A stretch of 64,000 nucleotides of DNA from an uncultured Chloroflexia bacterium (GCA_963704115.1 CAVPGY010000007.1:48658-112657); one strand, 5' to 3'. Positions 52,680-61,912 are shown, counted from the stretch's first letter. Notes: generated by a model not told the origin, from the letters alone. A program made the numbers and translations.

Positions 52680-53069
52680 TTGACCCACTTCGCGGAAATC
52701 GAAGTCATCACCCTCTTCGTCGAGGATGTGGAGACGGCGAACGCCTTCTATGTCGACGTCCTCGGCGCCGAGGTCGTCTTCGGCGACGAATCGTCCGCCG
52801 TCGTCAAGCTCTCGAATCTGATGATCAACCTGCTGCACGCCGACAGCGCCCCGACGCTGGTGGAGCCGGCTGCCGTTGGCGGCCCGGCCGCCGGTGCGCG
52901 TGCCCTCTACACGATCCGGGTGGACGACGCCGATGCGGCGCACCGGGAGCTGACCCAGCGAGGCGCCACCTTCCTCAACGGTCCCGTCGACCGCCCGTGG
53001 GGGCGCCGGACGGCCGCATTCGCCGATCCTGCCGGCAACGTCTGGGAGATCGCCGAGGAGCTCGCCTGA
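52680..53069 (+). CDS. VOC/glyoxalase family protein
   Basis: ITLFVEDVETANAFY, RPWGRRTAAFADPAGNVWEI; TTG start after GGAG. Confidence 0.85.
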   Translation: MTHFAEIEVITLFVEDVETANAFYVDVLGAEVVFGDESSAVVKLSNLMINLLHADSAPTLVEPAAVGGPAAGARALYTIRVDDADAAHRELTQRGATFLNGPVDRPWGRRTAAFADPAGNVWEIAEELA

Positions 53070-53725
53070 CGCAGGGCGCGCAGAGGCCACACGAAGGCCG
53101 CCGCTCGCAGGCCGCGCTCGCGCTCACGGCGGCCGGCCTCGGGATCCTGGCCGGGATCGCCGCCAAGCTCGCCGACGAGTCGGGGATCGGGTGGCTCAGC
53201 GACCTCGGCACCTTCGCGGCCATCTGGGTCCTGGTGATGGTCGTCATCGGCTGGACGGCACCGACGCTCACGGCTGCGGCCCTTCGCGCGGGACTGTTCT
53301 TCGTCGGACTCAGCCTCGCCTACTACGCGTTCTCCACCTTCGTGCTCGGTTACCCGGGCGGGGCGCTGGTGCAGCGCTGGGCGATCCTGGCGGTCACAGC
53401 GGTTCCGCTGGTGGCCGCGGCGACGTGGTGGGCGTCGCGACACCGGGGGCCGCTGCCGGCCGTCGTTCTGGGGCTGGTCGCCGCGATCGCGCTCATTGAT
53501 GGCAATGTGCTGCCGTTCTGGTACGCCGTCATCGGCGATCCGCTTCCGGCCGAGTTCCCCTATCGGCCGATCCAGGCGGTCGTCGAGATCGGCACCGCAT
53601 CCGTCATCGCCGGTCTCGTTCCGCGCAACTGGGCGACACGGGCGATGGCGCTGGTCGTCGTCGTCCCCGCGCTGTGGCTCGTGCCGGAGCTCGTGTCGAT
53701 CGCGATGCGCCTCGTGGCATTCTGA
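53066..53725 (+). CDS. Membrane protein (DUF6518-like)
   Basis: About 6 TM helices, LAYY motif; start uncertain (CTG overlapping the upstream stop, or a frameshift). Confidence 0.55.
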   Translation: MTQGAQRPHEGRRSQAALALTAAGLGILAGIAAKLADESGIGWLSDLGTFAAIWVLVMVVIGWTAPTLTAAALRAGLFFVGLSLAYYAFSTFVLGYPGGALVQRWAILAVTAVPLVAAATWWASRHRGPLPAVVLGLVAAIALIDGNVLPFWYAVIGDPLPAEFPYRPIQAVVEIGTASVIAGLVPRNWATRAMALVVVVPALWLVPELVSIAMRLVAF

Positions 53726-53811
53726 GTTCCGGCTGGCGCGGCATTTTCGGCACGTGCGGCTCGCCGCCGAACCACGGTCCTCCCGGGGCCCGCGGGTATA
53801 GGCTGAATGCG

Positions 53812-54180
53812 ATGACGCTCAGCCGATCTCGAGCGGCCCGCTACGCCCGACGGCGCAGGCGCCGCATGCAGCGCGTCGAGCACGATCTGAGCCCGGACCA
53901 GTGGGCCGCCCTGCAGGCGGCGTGGGGCGGCTGCGCCTACTGCGGCGCGACCGACGTGCCGCTCCAGCGCGACTGCGTGCTGCCGATCTCGCGAGGCGGG
54001 CGCTACACGCTCGACAACATCGCCCCGGCGTGTGGCTCCTGCAACGCGAGCAAGGGCAACCAGGAGGTCACGCGCTGGATGCGCCGCCATCGGCTCGACG
54101 AGCCGGCCTTCCTCCGGCGCCACCTCGCGATCTCCACCACGCTCGCCGCTGGCGACCTGGGGATTCCACCGCAGGAGTGA
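53812..54180 (+). CDS. HNH endonuclease-fold protein with DH replaced by DC
   Basis: CAYCG...QRDCVLPISRGG...NIAPACGSCNASK. Confidence 0.85.
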   Translation: MTLSRSRAARYARRRRRRMQRVEHDLSPDQWAALQAAWGGCAYCGATDVPLQRDCVLPISRGGRYTLDNIAPACGSCNASKGNQEVTRWMRRHRLDEPAFLRRHLAISTTLAAGDLGIPPQE

Positions 54181-54191
54181 CCTGGTGGCGC

Positions 54192-54233
54192 TGGCGACCG
54201 CTGACGGCAGGCGGGCACCTGGGGCCGTCTCGC
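54192..54233 (+). repeat. 42-bp direct repeat, copy 1
   Basis: 36/42 identical to 54499-54540. Confidence 0.8.
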
Positions 54234-54244
54234 TGGGCACCCCG

Positions 54245-54383
54245 GCGGTTACTCGCCCGGGTATCCAACTGACGGGTTCGGGCCGGTTCGCCCTACCTCA
54301 GCGGTCCGCCGATACCGGTGCCGATACCCCGCGACGCCCGAAGTGCTCGCCGTTCGCCGATGGATACCAATGCGGATAACCGC
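54245..54383 (+). repeat. 139-bp element E4 (subfamily B)
   Basis: GCGGTTACTCGCCCGGGTATCCAACTGAC...GATACCGGTGCCGATACC...GATGGATACC...GATAACCGC. Confidence 0.9.
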
Positions 54384-54498
54384 GGCTTCCGGGCGCGGCC
54401 AGGGGCTCACCGTCACCGGCGCCTCATCTGCCAGCTCCAGTTCGTGCTGACGGGCGTCGAGGCCGGCTAGACCAGCTCCGGGCGACGCACTGGCCGCG

Positions 54499-54540
54499 TG
54501 GCGACCATTGACAGCAGGTGGACACTTGGGGCCGTCTCGC
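54499..54540 (+). repeat. 42-bp direct repeat, copy 2 (possible promoter of the FG-GAP gene)
   Basis: TTGAC...CGTCT, ending 31 bp before the ATG at 54572. Confidence 0.75.
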
Positions 54541-54571
54541 GTCGTCGACGCGTACAGGAGGGGGCACCTCC

Positions 54572-56174
54572 ATGACCCGAGCCTCGAGCATCGCAGTCGC
54601 GGTCGCGCTGGCCTTGAGCGGTTGCGGAGCCACGGAGTCGACGCCCACCGGGTCGCCGACGCCCACGCAGACTCCCCCATCGTCCACTCCGTCGGCATCC
54701 ACCGCCGCATCGGCCGAACCGAGCCACGGGGAGCAGGCGCCGTCGGAATTCGCGGGAGCGTGGGAGGACGTCACACCATCGGAGCTGTCGGCGGCCGGCG
54801 CCTGGACGAACAAGCTCGAGCTGGCGGACCTGGACCTCGACGGCGACGTGGACATCCTGTTCGCGAACGGCGGTGACTACCAGAGCCCCGGTGAGCCGGT
54901 CGCCAGCGGGGCCTGGCGCAACAACGGCGACGGCACCTTCGTGGACGCCACCACCGAGATCCTGGGCGAGCACGCCCTCCTCACCCGCGTCATCAAGGTC
55001 GCGGACCTCAACGGCGACACCTTCCCCGATATCCTCATGGGCACGACGTACGACACCCAGAGCCGGCTCCTCCTCGGCTCCCCGGCCGGCACCTGGGCCG
55101 ATGTGACCGATACCCACCTGCCCGCCGCCGAGCTGAGCATCGGCGACCTCGAGTTCGGCGATGTCGATGCCGATGGCGACCTGGACGTGGCCATCGCCGA
55201 CTGGGGCGACAACGGCCCGATCAACGACCGCGGCGGCCGCACCGCGCTGTGGCTCAACGATGGGTCCGGCGTCTTCGCCGACGCGACCGATGCGCAGATG
55301 CCCGAGACGCTGGTGGGCTTCAGCTGGGACATCGAGGTCGTCGACGTCGACAACGACTGGGACCTCGATCTCGCCATCTCGTGCAAGCTCTGCCCGTCGA
55401 GCCTCCTGTTCGAGAACGACGGCACCGGCACCTTCGCCGATGTCACCGAAGGACGCTTGCCGGCGTTCACGAACAACTACGAGTTCGCGCCGATCGATCT
55501 CGACGGCGACGGGTTCCTGGACCTGGTGACGATCAACGACGGGGCGGACACGGGGAGCGGAGTCACCGAGCACGTGTTCCGCAACGACGGCGCGGGCAGC
55601 TTCGAGGACGCAACCGCCGAGTGGTGGCCGGCCGATGCGAACCTCGGCTGGGACGACAACGTCGTCGTGGCGATCGACATCGAGTCGGACGGTGACGCCG
55701 ACTTCGTCATCGGGTCGCTGGATGGTGCCGATCGGCTGCTCGTCAACGACGGGTCCGGCCGGCTGTCGGTGGTGCTCGACGCCTTCGTCGGGGAACCGAG
55801 CTCCGGGACGCTCGACCTGGCGATCGCGGACCTGAACGGCGACGGGCGGCCGGACCTGGTCGAGGCGCAGGGCGAGGTTGCCGAGGACGAGCGGATCTAC
55901 CTCGCCACCGAGGTGCTCGCCCCCGACACTGCCGCGCCGATCATCCGAGGGGAAATGGGACCGCGTCAGACGGTGCTCGCCCGCGTGCACGACAACCTCA
56001 CCCCGAACACCTCCCTGCGCTGGCAATCGATTGTGGCGCGATGGTCCGGCGGCGAGGTCCCGATGACCTGGTATGGCGAGCACCTCTTCCGGGTGACAGC
56101 TGCCCGACGGTGCGACGCTGACCGAGATCTGCGCGGTCGACGTCGCGGGCAACGAGACCTGCCTTCCCGGCTGA
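54572..56174 (+). CDS. FG-GAP/VCBS repeat lipoprotein, frameshift near 56100
   Basis: Lipobox ALSGC; repeated D-x-D-x-D-G-D-x-D motifs; shifted tail reads ...ICAVDVAGNETCLPG stop. Confidence 0.85.
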
Positions 56175-56223
56175 TGCCCCTCAGACCGTGGCCGATGCGG
56201 ACCATGCGCCCGCCGGCCCGCCC

Positions 56224-56363
56224 GCGGTTACTCGCCCGGGTATCCAACTGACCGGTCGGGGCTGGATCGGCCTGTCTCAGCGGTCCGCCGATACCGGTGC
56301 CGATACCCGGCGGCGTCCGAAGTGCGTGGCCGTTCGCCGATGGATACCGGTGCGAGTAACCGC
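56224..56363 (+). repeat. 140-bp element E5 (subfamily B)
   Basis: 25-bp terminal inverted repeat with 22/25 matches; same boxes as E4. Confidence 0.9.
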
Positions 56364-56474
56364 AGTTCGAGGGACCCGATACCGCGGCGTCCACGACGAT
56401 GAGCGCCGAGCCGCCAGCGGCCGCGTGAAAGCGACCCGCACAGAGGGCTGGCGTCGGCGTGCGAGGATGGGTGC

Positions 56475-57221
56475 ATGGCACTCCACGTCGAGCGCGCCGG
56501 CGAGGCCGGGCCGGCGGTCGTCCTCGTTCACGGTTCCGGGGCGCCCGGCTGGGGCGCGTGGGAGGCGGTCCGCCCGCTGGCGGAGCACTATCGGCTCGTC
56601 GTCCCCCACCGCAGCGGCTTCCCGCCGAATCCGCCGCTGGAGCGGATCGACTTCGAGGTGCAGGCCGATGAGATCGCCGCGCTGGTCGAGCCCGGCGCGC
56701 ACCTCGTCGGGCACTCGTACGGCGGGGTGGTCGCGCTCCTGGCGGCGGCGCGCACGGGCGACCGGCTCCGCTCACTGACCGTGATCGAGCCGCCGGCACT
56801 CGGGGTGGCGCGCGGCGACCCGGCGATCGAGCAGTTCATCGACGCCGTCGACGAGGCATCGGCCGTCGAGGGCACCCCGCGCGATCGGCTCGTGGCCTTT
56901 CTGCGGGTGGTCGGGTCGACCTCCGAGGTTCCCGACCCGCTGCCGCCGGGATTCGAGGCGATCACCCGGGCCAACGACGCCCAGCGACCGCCGCAGGAGG
57001 CGGAGATCCCGTTCGAGGCGATCCGGGCGACCGGCGTGCCGGTCCTCGTCGTGACCGGAGGGCACCTCATGGCCTACGACGTCATCGCGGAGGTGCTCGA
57101 GCGGGAGCTGCACGCGGAGCGCGCGATCCTTCCCGGCGCGGGGCACTCGGTCCAGCGGCTCGGCTCGCCCTTCAACGATCGGCTTGCCACCTTCGTCGAC
57201 ACGGCCGATCAGCGCGCCTGA
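56475..57221 (+). CDS. Alpha/beta hydrolase
   Basis: VLVHG, nucleophile elbow GHSYGG, PGAGH. Confidence 0.88.
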   Translation: MALHVERAGEAGPAVVLVHGSGAPGWGAWEAVRPLAEHYRLVVPHRSGFPPNPPLERIDFEVQADEIAALVEPGAHLVGHSYGGVVALLAAARTGDRLRSLTVIEPPALGVARGDPAIEQFIDAVDEASAVEGTPRDRLVAFLRVVGSTSEVPDPLPPGFEAITRANDAQRPPQEAEIPFEAIRATGVPVLVVTGGHLMAYDVIAEVLERELHAERAILPGAGHSVQRLGSPFNDRLATFVDTADQRA

Positions 57222-57268
57222 GGCTTGACCGCCCCCGGCGGCCCTTGGACCCGGGCGAGCGTGCGCAT

Positions 57269-57407
57269 GCGGTTACTCGCGCGGGTATCCAACTGACGGG
57301 TTGGGGCCGGATCGGCACGTCTCAGCGGTCCGCCGATACCGGTGCCGATACCCAGCGGCTGCCGAAGTCCGCGCCATTCGCCGATGGATACCAGCGCCGG
57401 TAACCGC
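57269..57407 (+). repeat. 139-bp element E6 (subfamily B)
   Basis: Same boxes and offsets as E4/E5. Confidence 0.9.
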
Positions 57408-57567
57408 GGCGCCGCGGGCAAGCGGCGCTCGGCCGGATGACGTAGCGGGGTCGCCCGAATGACCCGCCAGGGTCCGTGGCGCATGTCCGTGGGCGCCGGG
57501 GTTGCCAGCCCCGACGATCCACGTGCACATCCACCAGACATCCGCCACACCTTGGAGCCCAACCACC

Positions 57568-58974
57568 ATGGAATCGGTCCTGGCCCCCGAAGGCCGCAAC
57601 GACACCCCCGCCGACTTCACTCAGCTCGCCGCCACCCTGACGGGCACGGTCCTGACCCCCGACGCCGACGGCTACGAGGCCGCGCGGAGCGTCTGGAACC
57701 TCTACTACAACGATGCGCGGCCCGCCGCCGTCGTCCAGGCGGCAGACGCCAACGACGTCGCCCGGGCGATCGCCTTCGGCCGGGAGTTCGGGCTGGAGAT
57801 CGCGGTCCGCAGCGGCGGACACTCGATGGCCGGCTTCTCGACCGGCGATGGCGTGCTGGTCATCGACCTGCGCACGATCCGTGGCCTCCACATCGACCCG
57901 GAGACGCGCCTCGTATCGGCCGGTGCCGGCCTCAACGCCGGCGAGATCACCACGGCGCTCGTGCCGCACGAGCTCGCCATCCCGTTCGGCGACACCGCGA
58001 GCGTCGGGATCGCCGGGCTGACGCTGGGCGGTGGCATCGGCTACCTGGCCCGCAAGGCCGGCCTGGCCATCGATCGGCTGCGGAGCGTCGAGCTCGTCAC
58101 GGTCGACGGTGAGGTGCTCACCGCATCGGCCGACGAGCATGCCGACCTGTTCTGGGGCATTCGCGGCGGCGGCGGCAACTTCGGCGTCGTGACGCGCTTC
58201 GTGTACGAGGCGGTGCCGGTGGCCGAGACGCTGTCCGGCGCGCTCGTTCTGCCGCTCAGCGCCGAGGTCCTCTCCGGCGCCCTGGCGATCGCCGACGAGG
58301 CGCCCGAGGAGACGACCAGCATCTTCGAGATCATGGCCGCCCCGCCGGCGCCGTTCATCCCGGAGGACAAGGTCGGCACCCCGATCCTGACGATCCTCAT
58401 GGTCCACGCCGGTGATCCGGCCGACGGCCAGGCCGTGGCCGATCGGTTCCGGGCCCTGGCAACACCGATCGCCGACCTCGTGGCGCCGATGCCGTACGGC
58501 GGGATCTACCAGTTCTCCGCCGAGGCCGAGAACCCGATGCCGGCCGTGACCCGCTCGCTGTTCACGCGCGAGCTCCTGGGCCCCGAGGCCGTCGAACGGG
58601 TCGTGGCGCGCATGACCGATCCCGACGGACCGATGGTCGCGGTCAGCCAGGTCCGCGTCCTGGGCGGCGCGATGGGTCGCGTCCCGGCCGATGCCACCGC
58701 ATTCGCCCACCGCGACGCGAAGATCATGGTGACCCTCTACACGATCTTCGTCGACCCGGACAAGACGGCATCGGACATCGCCTGGACCCACGCCTACTTC
58801 GAGGAGCTGGCGCCGTTCGCCAGCGGGGTCTACGTGAACTTCCTCGACCTCGAGGGCGCGGCGCGCGTCCGCGACGCGTATCCATCGGCCACCTACGCGC
58901 GGCTGGCGGACCTCAAGACCCGATGGGATCCGGAGAACGTCCTCCGCCGCAACCAGAACGTGCGGCCCGCCTGA
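57568..58974 (+). CDS. FAD-binding oxidoreductase (berberine bridge enzyme-like)
   Basis: VRSGGHS, GIAGLTLGGG, FWGIRGGGGNFGVVT, YVNF, LKTRWDPENV. Confidence 0.9.
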   Translation: MESVLAPEGRNDTPADFTQLAATLTGTVLTPDADGYEAARSVWNLYYNDARPAAVVQAADANDVARAIAFGREFGLEIAVRSGGHSMAGFSTGDGVLVIDLRTIRGLHIDPETRLVSAGAGLNAGEITTALVPHELAIPFGDTASVGIAGLTLGGGIGYLARKAGLAIDRLRSVELVTVDGEVLTASADEHADLFWGIRGGGGNFGVVTRFVYEAVPVAETLSGALVLPLSAEVLSGALAIADEAPEETTSIFEIMAAPPAPFIPEDKVGTPILTILMVHAGDPADGQAVADRFRALATPIADLVAPMPYGGIYQFSAEAENPMPAVTRSLFTRELLGPEAVERVVARMTDPDGPMVAVSQVRVLGGAMGRVPADATAFAHRDAKIMVTLYTIFVDPDKTASDIAWTHAYFEELAPFASGVYVNFLDLEGAARVRDAYPSATYARLADLKTRWDPENVLRRNQNVRPA

Positions 58975-59018
58975 GGGCGGGTCGCACCCCGGCCGGGTGG
59001 TTCCGGGGTCCGACCAGG

Positions 59019-59157
59019 CCGGTTACCCGCCTCGGTATCCAACGGACCCCGAACCCGCGGAATCCCGACCTCCAGGCGCCGTCTGATACCGGGGCCGGTA
59101 CCCACCGGCCGCCCGGCCACGCCTCAACCGCCGATGGGTACCCGCGCCGGTAACCGC
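59019..59157 (+). repeat. 139-bp element E7 (subfamily A)
   Basis: Closely similar to E3 and E8; same offsets. Confidence 0.9.
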
Positions 59158-60428
59158 TCACCGTGGCCGCCGCCGATCGCGGCGTCGGCGCCACGCCATC
59201 GGAAGGCGCCATCCGCCCCGGGCTGGAGCGGGTACACCTCGACGAGCACGTCGGTGGGCGCGTGCACATCGCCCAGCACCGACCGCGGCTCGTCGCCGAG
59301 GACGTGCTCCAGGAACGCCACGAGGAACCCGCGGGTCACCGTCAGGACGGCGTCCGCAGTTCCCTCCAGCGGCAGGATGCGGGGCTGGAAGCGCGGGCCG
59401 TCCGTGAACGAGTCGTGGGCCGCGGCGGGCACGACGACGCGGTAGCCGCCGGCGCCGCCTTCCTCGAAGGCCTGGACGAGGGCGGGATGCAGCTCGGCAT
59501 CCTTGGTCAGGAACAGGAACGGGTTCGCCGGAGCCACGGGTTCGGTGCCGGTGCCGAACGGACCGGCCGCGTTCTGGCCGTCGAGGTTCGCGCAGGCACG
59601 GACGCGCGGGTCATCGCAGATCTGGACGGCGGCCAGTCCGCCGTTCGAGTGACCGATCACCGCGACGCGGCCGAGGTCGAGCCGCGCATCGAGCATCGCG
59701 AAACCGGCCGCATCGGCCTCCAGGCGGTCGAGAACGAAGCCGATGTCGGCGACCCGCTCGTCGATTCGCGCGCGTGTGACAGCTTCCGCCTGGGCCATCG
59801 GTGCGTCGCCGGCATAGGTCACGACGGAGTCGCCGATCGCCACGGCGGCGCTCTGGTACGGGTGGTCCAGGCCGATGACGACATAGCCGTGGCTCGCCAG
59901 CTCCTCCGCCAGGGCGCCGTAGAACTCGACGTTCGTGGCGTTCCCGGGAGAGAGAATGACGACCGGGTACGCCTCGTCGGTGCCCGCCACGGTGGCGCGG
60001 TGGCGGGCGGAGGTGCTCACCCAGTCGAGCCCGGCTCGCGCGAACGCATCGATCGCTCCACTGGCGACCAGTCCGTCGCCGATGCGGTCAAGGCCGTCAA
60101 GGTAGGCGGCAGGCTCACCGGTCCCGGCGACGGCCGGGTACCACGCGACGACCCGCACCTGGCGTCGATCACCCGGCGTCTCGGTGGCCACCTCGGCCCG
60201 AGACGCATCCTCCAGCAGCTGCGCCTCCTTCCCGACCGCGTGGATACCCGTCGGGTCGGGCGTCCGGAGGTGCAGGAACGTCGAAGCCACCGTGGACAGC
60301 GCCAGCAGCGCTGCGAACGCGAACACCAGGACCGCGGCCCGGCGCCGGTCGAGGTGCGGTGGACGGAGACCGGTGGTGCGGGCACGGGGCCACGCGCGGA
60401 CCGTCTGGCCCGTGATCGAATGCGTCAT
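59124..60428 (-). CDS. Secreted/anchored alpha/beta hydrolase (PAF-acetylhydrolase-like)
   Basis: N-term TM; GIHAVG, ELASHGYVVIGLDHPY, GHSNGG, ANLDG, AHDSFTD; 3' end as annotated runs 34 nt into E7. Confidence 0.8.
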   Translation of the reverse strand: MTHSITGQTVRAWPRARTTGLRPPHLDRRRAAVLVFAFAALLALSTVASTFLHLRTPDPTGIHAVGKEAQLLEDASRAEVATETPGDRRQVRVVAWYPAVAGTGEPAAYLDGLDRIGDGLVASGAIDAFARAGLDWVSTSARHRATVAGTDEAYPVVILSPGNATNVEFYGALAEELASHGYVVIGLDHPYQSAAVAIGDSVVTYAGDAPMAQAEAVTRARIDERVADIGFVLDRLEADAAGFAMLDARLDLGRVAVIGHSNGGLAAVQICDDPRVRACANLDGQNAAGPFGTGTEPVAPANPFLFLTKDAELHPALVQAFEEGGAGGYRVVVPAAAHDSFTDGPRFQPRILPLEGTADAVLTVTRGFLVAFLEHVLGDEPRSVLGDVHAPTDVLVEVYPLQPGADGAFRWRGADAAIGGGHGERLPARVPIGG

Positions 60429-60514
60429 GCGGCATGAACGCAGGCCGCGGCCGAAAGGTTCAATTCGCGGTGCGGCCGATCAGATGACAGGGGTCGCGCT
60501 ACGCTGAACGCGGC

Positions 60515-61477
60515 ATGGCACCACGCACTCCTGCGGTCGACTGGCTCCTGCGCTCTGATGAGCCGGCCGTCCGCTACCGGGCCCGGACGTGGCTTCTGCA
60601 TCAAGCCGAGACCGATCCCGACGTTCGCGGCGACCGCAACGCCGTCGCCACCGGGCCGATCGTCTCGACCCTGCTCGACTTCCCGGAGCCGAGCGTCAAT
60701 CCGTATCGGAAGTGGCTCGGCCTCCACTGGCGGCTCGTCTCCCTGGCCGATTTCGAGCTGCCCACGGATGACGCGACGCTGCGTACCGCCCTCGAAGCAG
60801 CCGTCGATCGTGAGCTCGACTGGATCGCGAACCCGCGACGGCTGGACGGGGTTCCTCGGATCGACGGGCTCTTTCGGCCTGATGCGTCGATGGAGGGCAA
60901 CGGTCTCTACGCGGCCAGCCGCTTCGGCGTAGCCGGCGACGAGCGCGCCCGGCGGCTGGCGCATCGGCTGATCGAGTGGCAGTGGCCCGATGGCGGCTGG
61001 AACTGCGATCGTGCCGCCACCGGCTACCGGTCGAGCTTCCACGAGAGCTGGCCGACCGCGCTGGGGCTGGCGGCATACCACGACGCAACCGGCGACGCCG
61101 ATGCCCTGGCTGCCGCGCGCCGCACCGCCGAGCTGCTGCTCGAGCATCGGCTGTTTAGGCGGCTGGCGGACGGCACGCGGATCCATCCCAGCTTCGTCGC
61201 ACTGCACTGGCCGGCCTACTGGCACTACGACGTGCTCGCCGGCCTCCGCGTGCTCCTCGCCACCGGGACCCTGGCCGATCCGCGCGCGACCGATGCGCTC
61301 GACCTCCTCGCTTCGAAGCAGCGCGCCGACGGCCGCTTCGAGACGCGCGCGACCTGGTGGCGGACCGGACGGCGTGCGACGTCGCCGGTAGACGTCATCG
61401 ACTGGGGCAAGGGCCGCCCCAGCGAGGTGCTCACCCTCCACGCCCTCCGCGTCCTTCTCGCCGCCACCGAGCGGTAG
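60515..61477 (+). CDS. Prenyltransferase/squalene-cyclase-like repeat hypothetical protein
   Basis: QWPDGGWNC and KQRADGRF QW-like repeats; YWHYDVL; GRPSEVLTLHALRVL. Confidence 0.65.
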   Translation: MAPRTPAVDWLLRSDEPAVRYRARTWLLHQAETDPDVRGDRNAVATGPIVSTLLDFPEPSVNPYRKWLGLHWRLVSLADFELPTDDATLRTALEAAVDRELDWIANPRRLDGVPRIDGLFRPDASMEGNGLYAASRFGVAGDERARRLAHRLIEWQWPDGGWNCDRAATGYRSSFHESWPTALGLAAYHDATGDADALAAARRTAELLLEHRLFRRLADGTRIHPSFVALHWPAYWHYDVLAGLRVLLATGTLADPRATDALDLLASKQRADGRFETRATWWRTGRRATSPVDVIDWGKGRPSEVLTLHALRVLLAATER

Positions 61478-61514
61478 CCTTCGTGGGCGTCTCGGCCGGG
61501 TGGTCCCACCAGGC

Positions 61515-61653
61515 GGGGTTACCCGCCTCGGTATCCAACGGACCCCGAACCCCCGGAATCCCCGCCCTCGGGCGCCGTCTGATACCCAAGCCGATACCCA
61601 CCGGCTGCCCAGTCACGCCTCAACCGCCGATGGATACCCGCGCCGGTAACCGC
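61515..61653 (+). repeat. 139-bp element E8 (subfamily A)
   Basis: Same boxes and offsets; shares upstream flank GGCCGGGTGGT..ACCAGG with E7. Confidence 0.9.
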
Positions 61654-61671
61654 GGCCGCTGAGCACCCCGC

Positions 61672-61880
61672 CTACGACGGTCCGATGCGCTCAGCCACGG
61701 ACGCCAGGAGCACACGACCACCAGGTGCGACCGTGCTCGATGGCACCCACGTAGAGCAGCCCCGCCAGCTCCCCCGCATCCACCCGCCCGTCGATCTCGC
61801 GAGCACGACGCACGGCGACTCGAGGCCCTGGTATCGATGGATCGTCGCGCACGCGCACCTCGTTGCCCTTCGTGGGCGCC
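61672..61880 (-). pseudogene. 3' stub of a UvrD-C/NERD-type helicase
   Basis: Joining frames gives ATIHRYQGLESPCVVL-EIDG...LLYVGA-SRARSHLVVV, i.e. SF1 motifs V/VI only. Confidence 0.6.
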
Positions 61881-61912
61881 GGCGCACCGCGCCCTCTGGA
61901 CCGTACTCGGGC

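Noticed and set aside
42698-61653. Classical integron attC sites
   Set aside because: An inner ATCCAAC fits RYYYAAC, but its partner is GATGGAT in six copies, conserved boxes lie outside the would-be R boxes, and no intI is present. Kept only as an architectural analogy.
42698-61653. MITE with target-site duplications
   Set aside because: No consistent direct repeat flanks the copies by eye. A MITE origin is not excluded but is unsupported.
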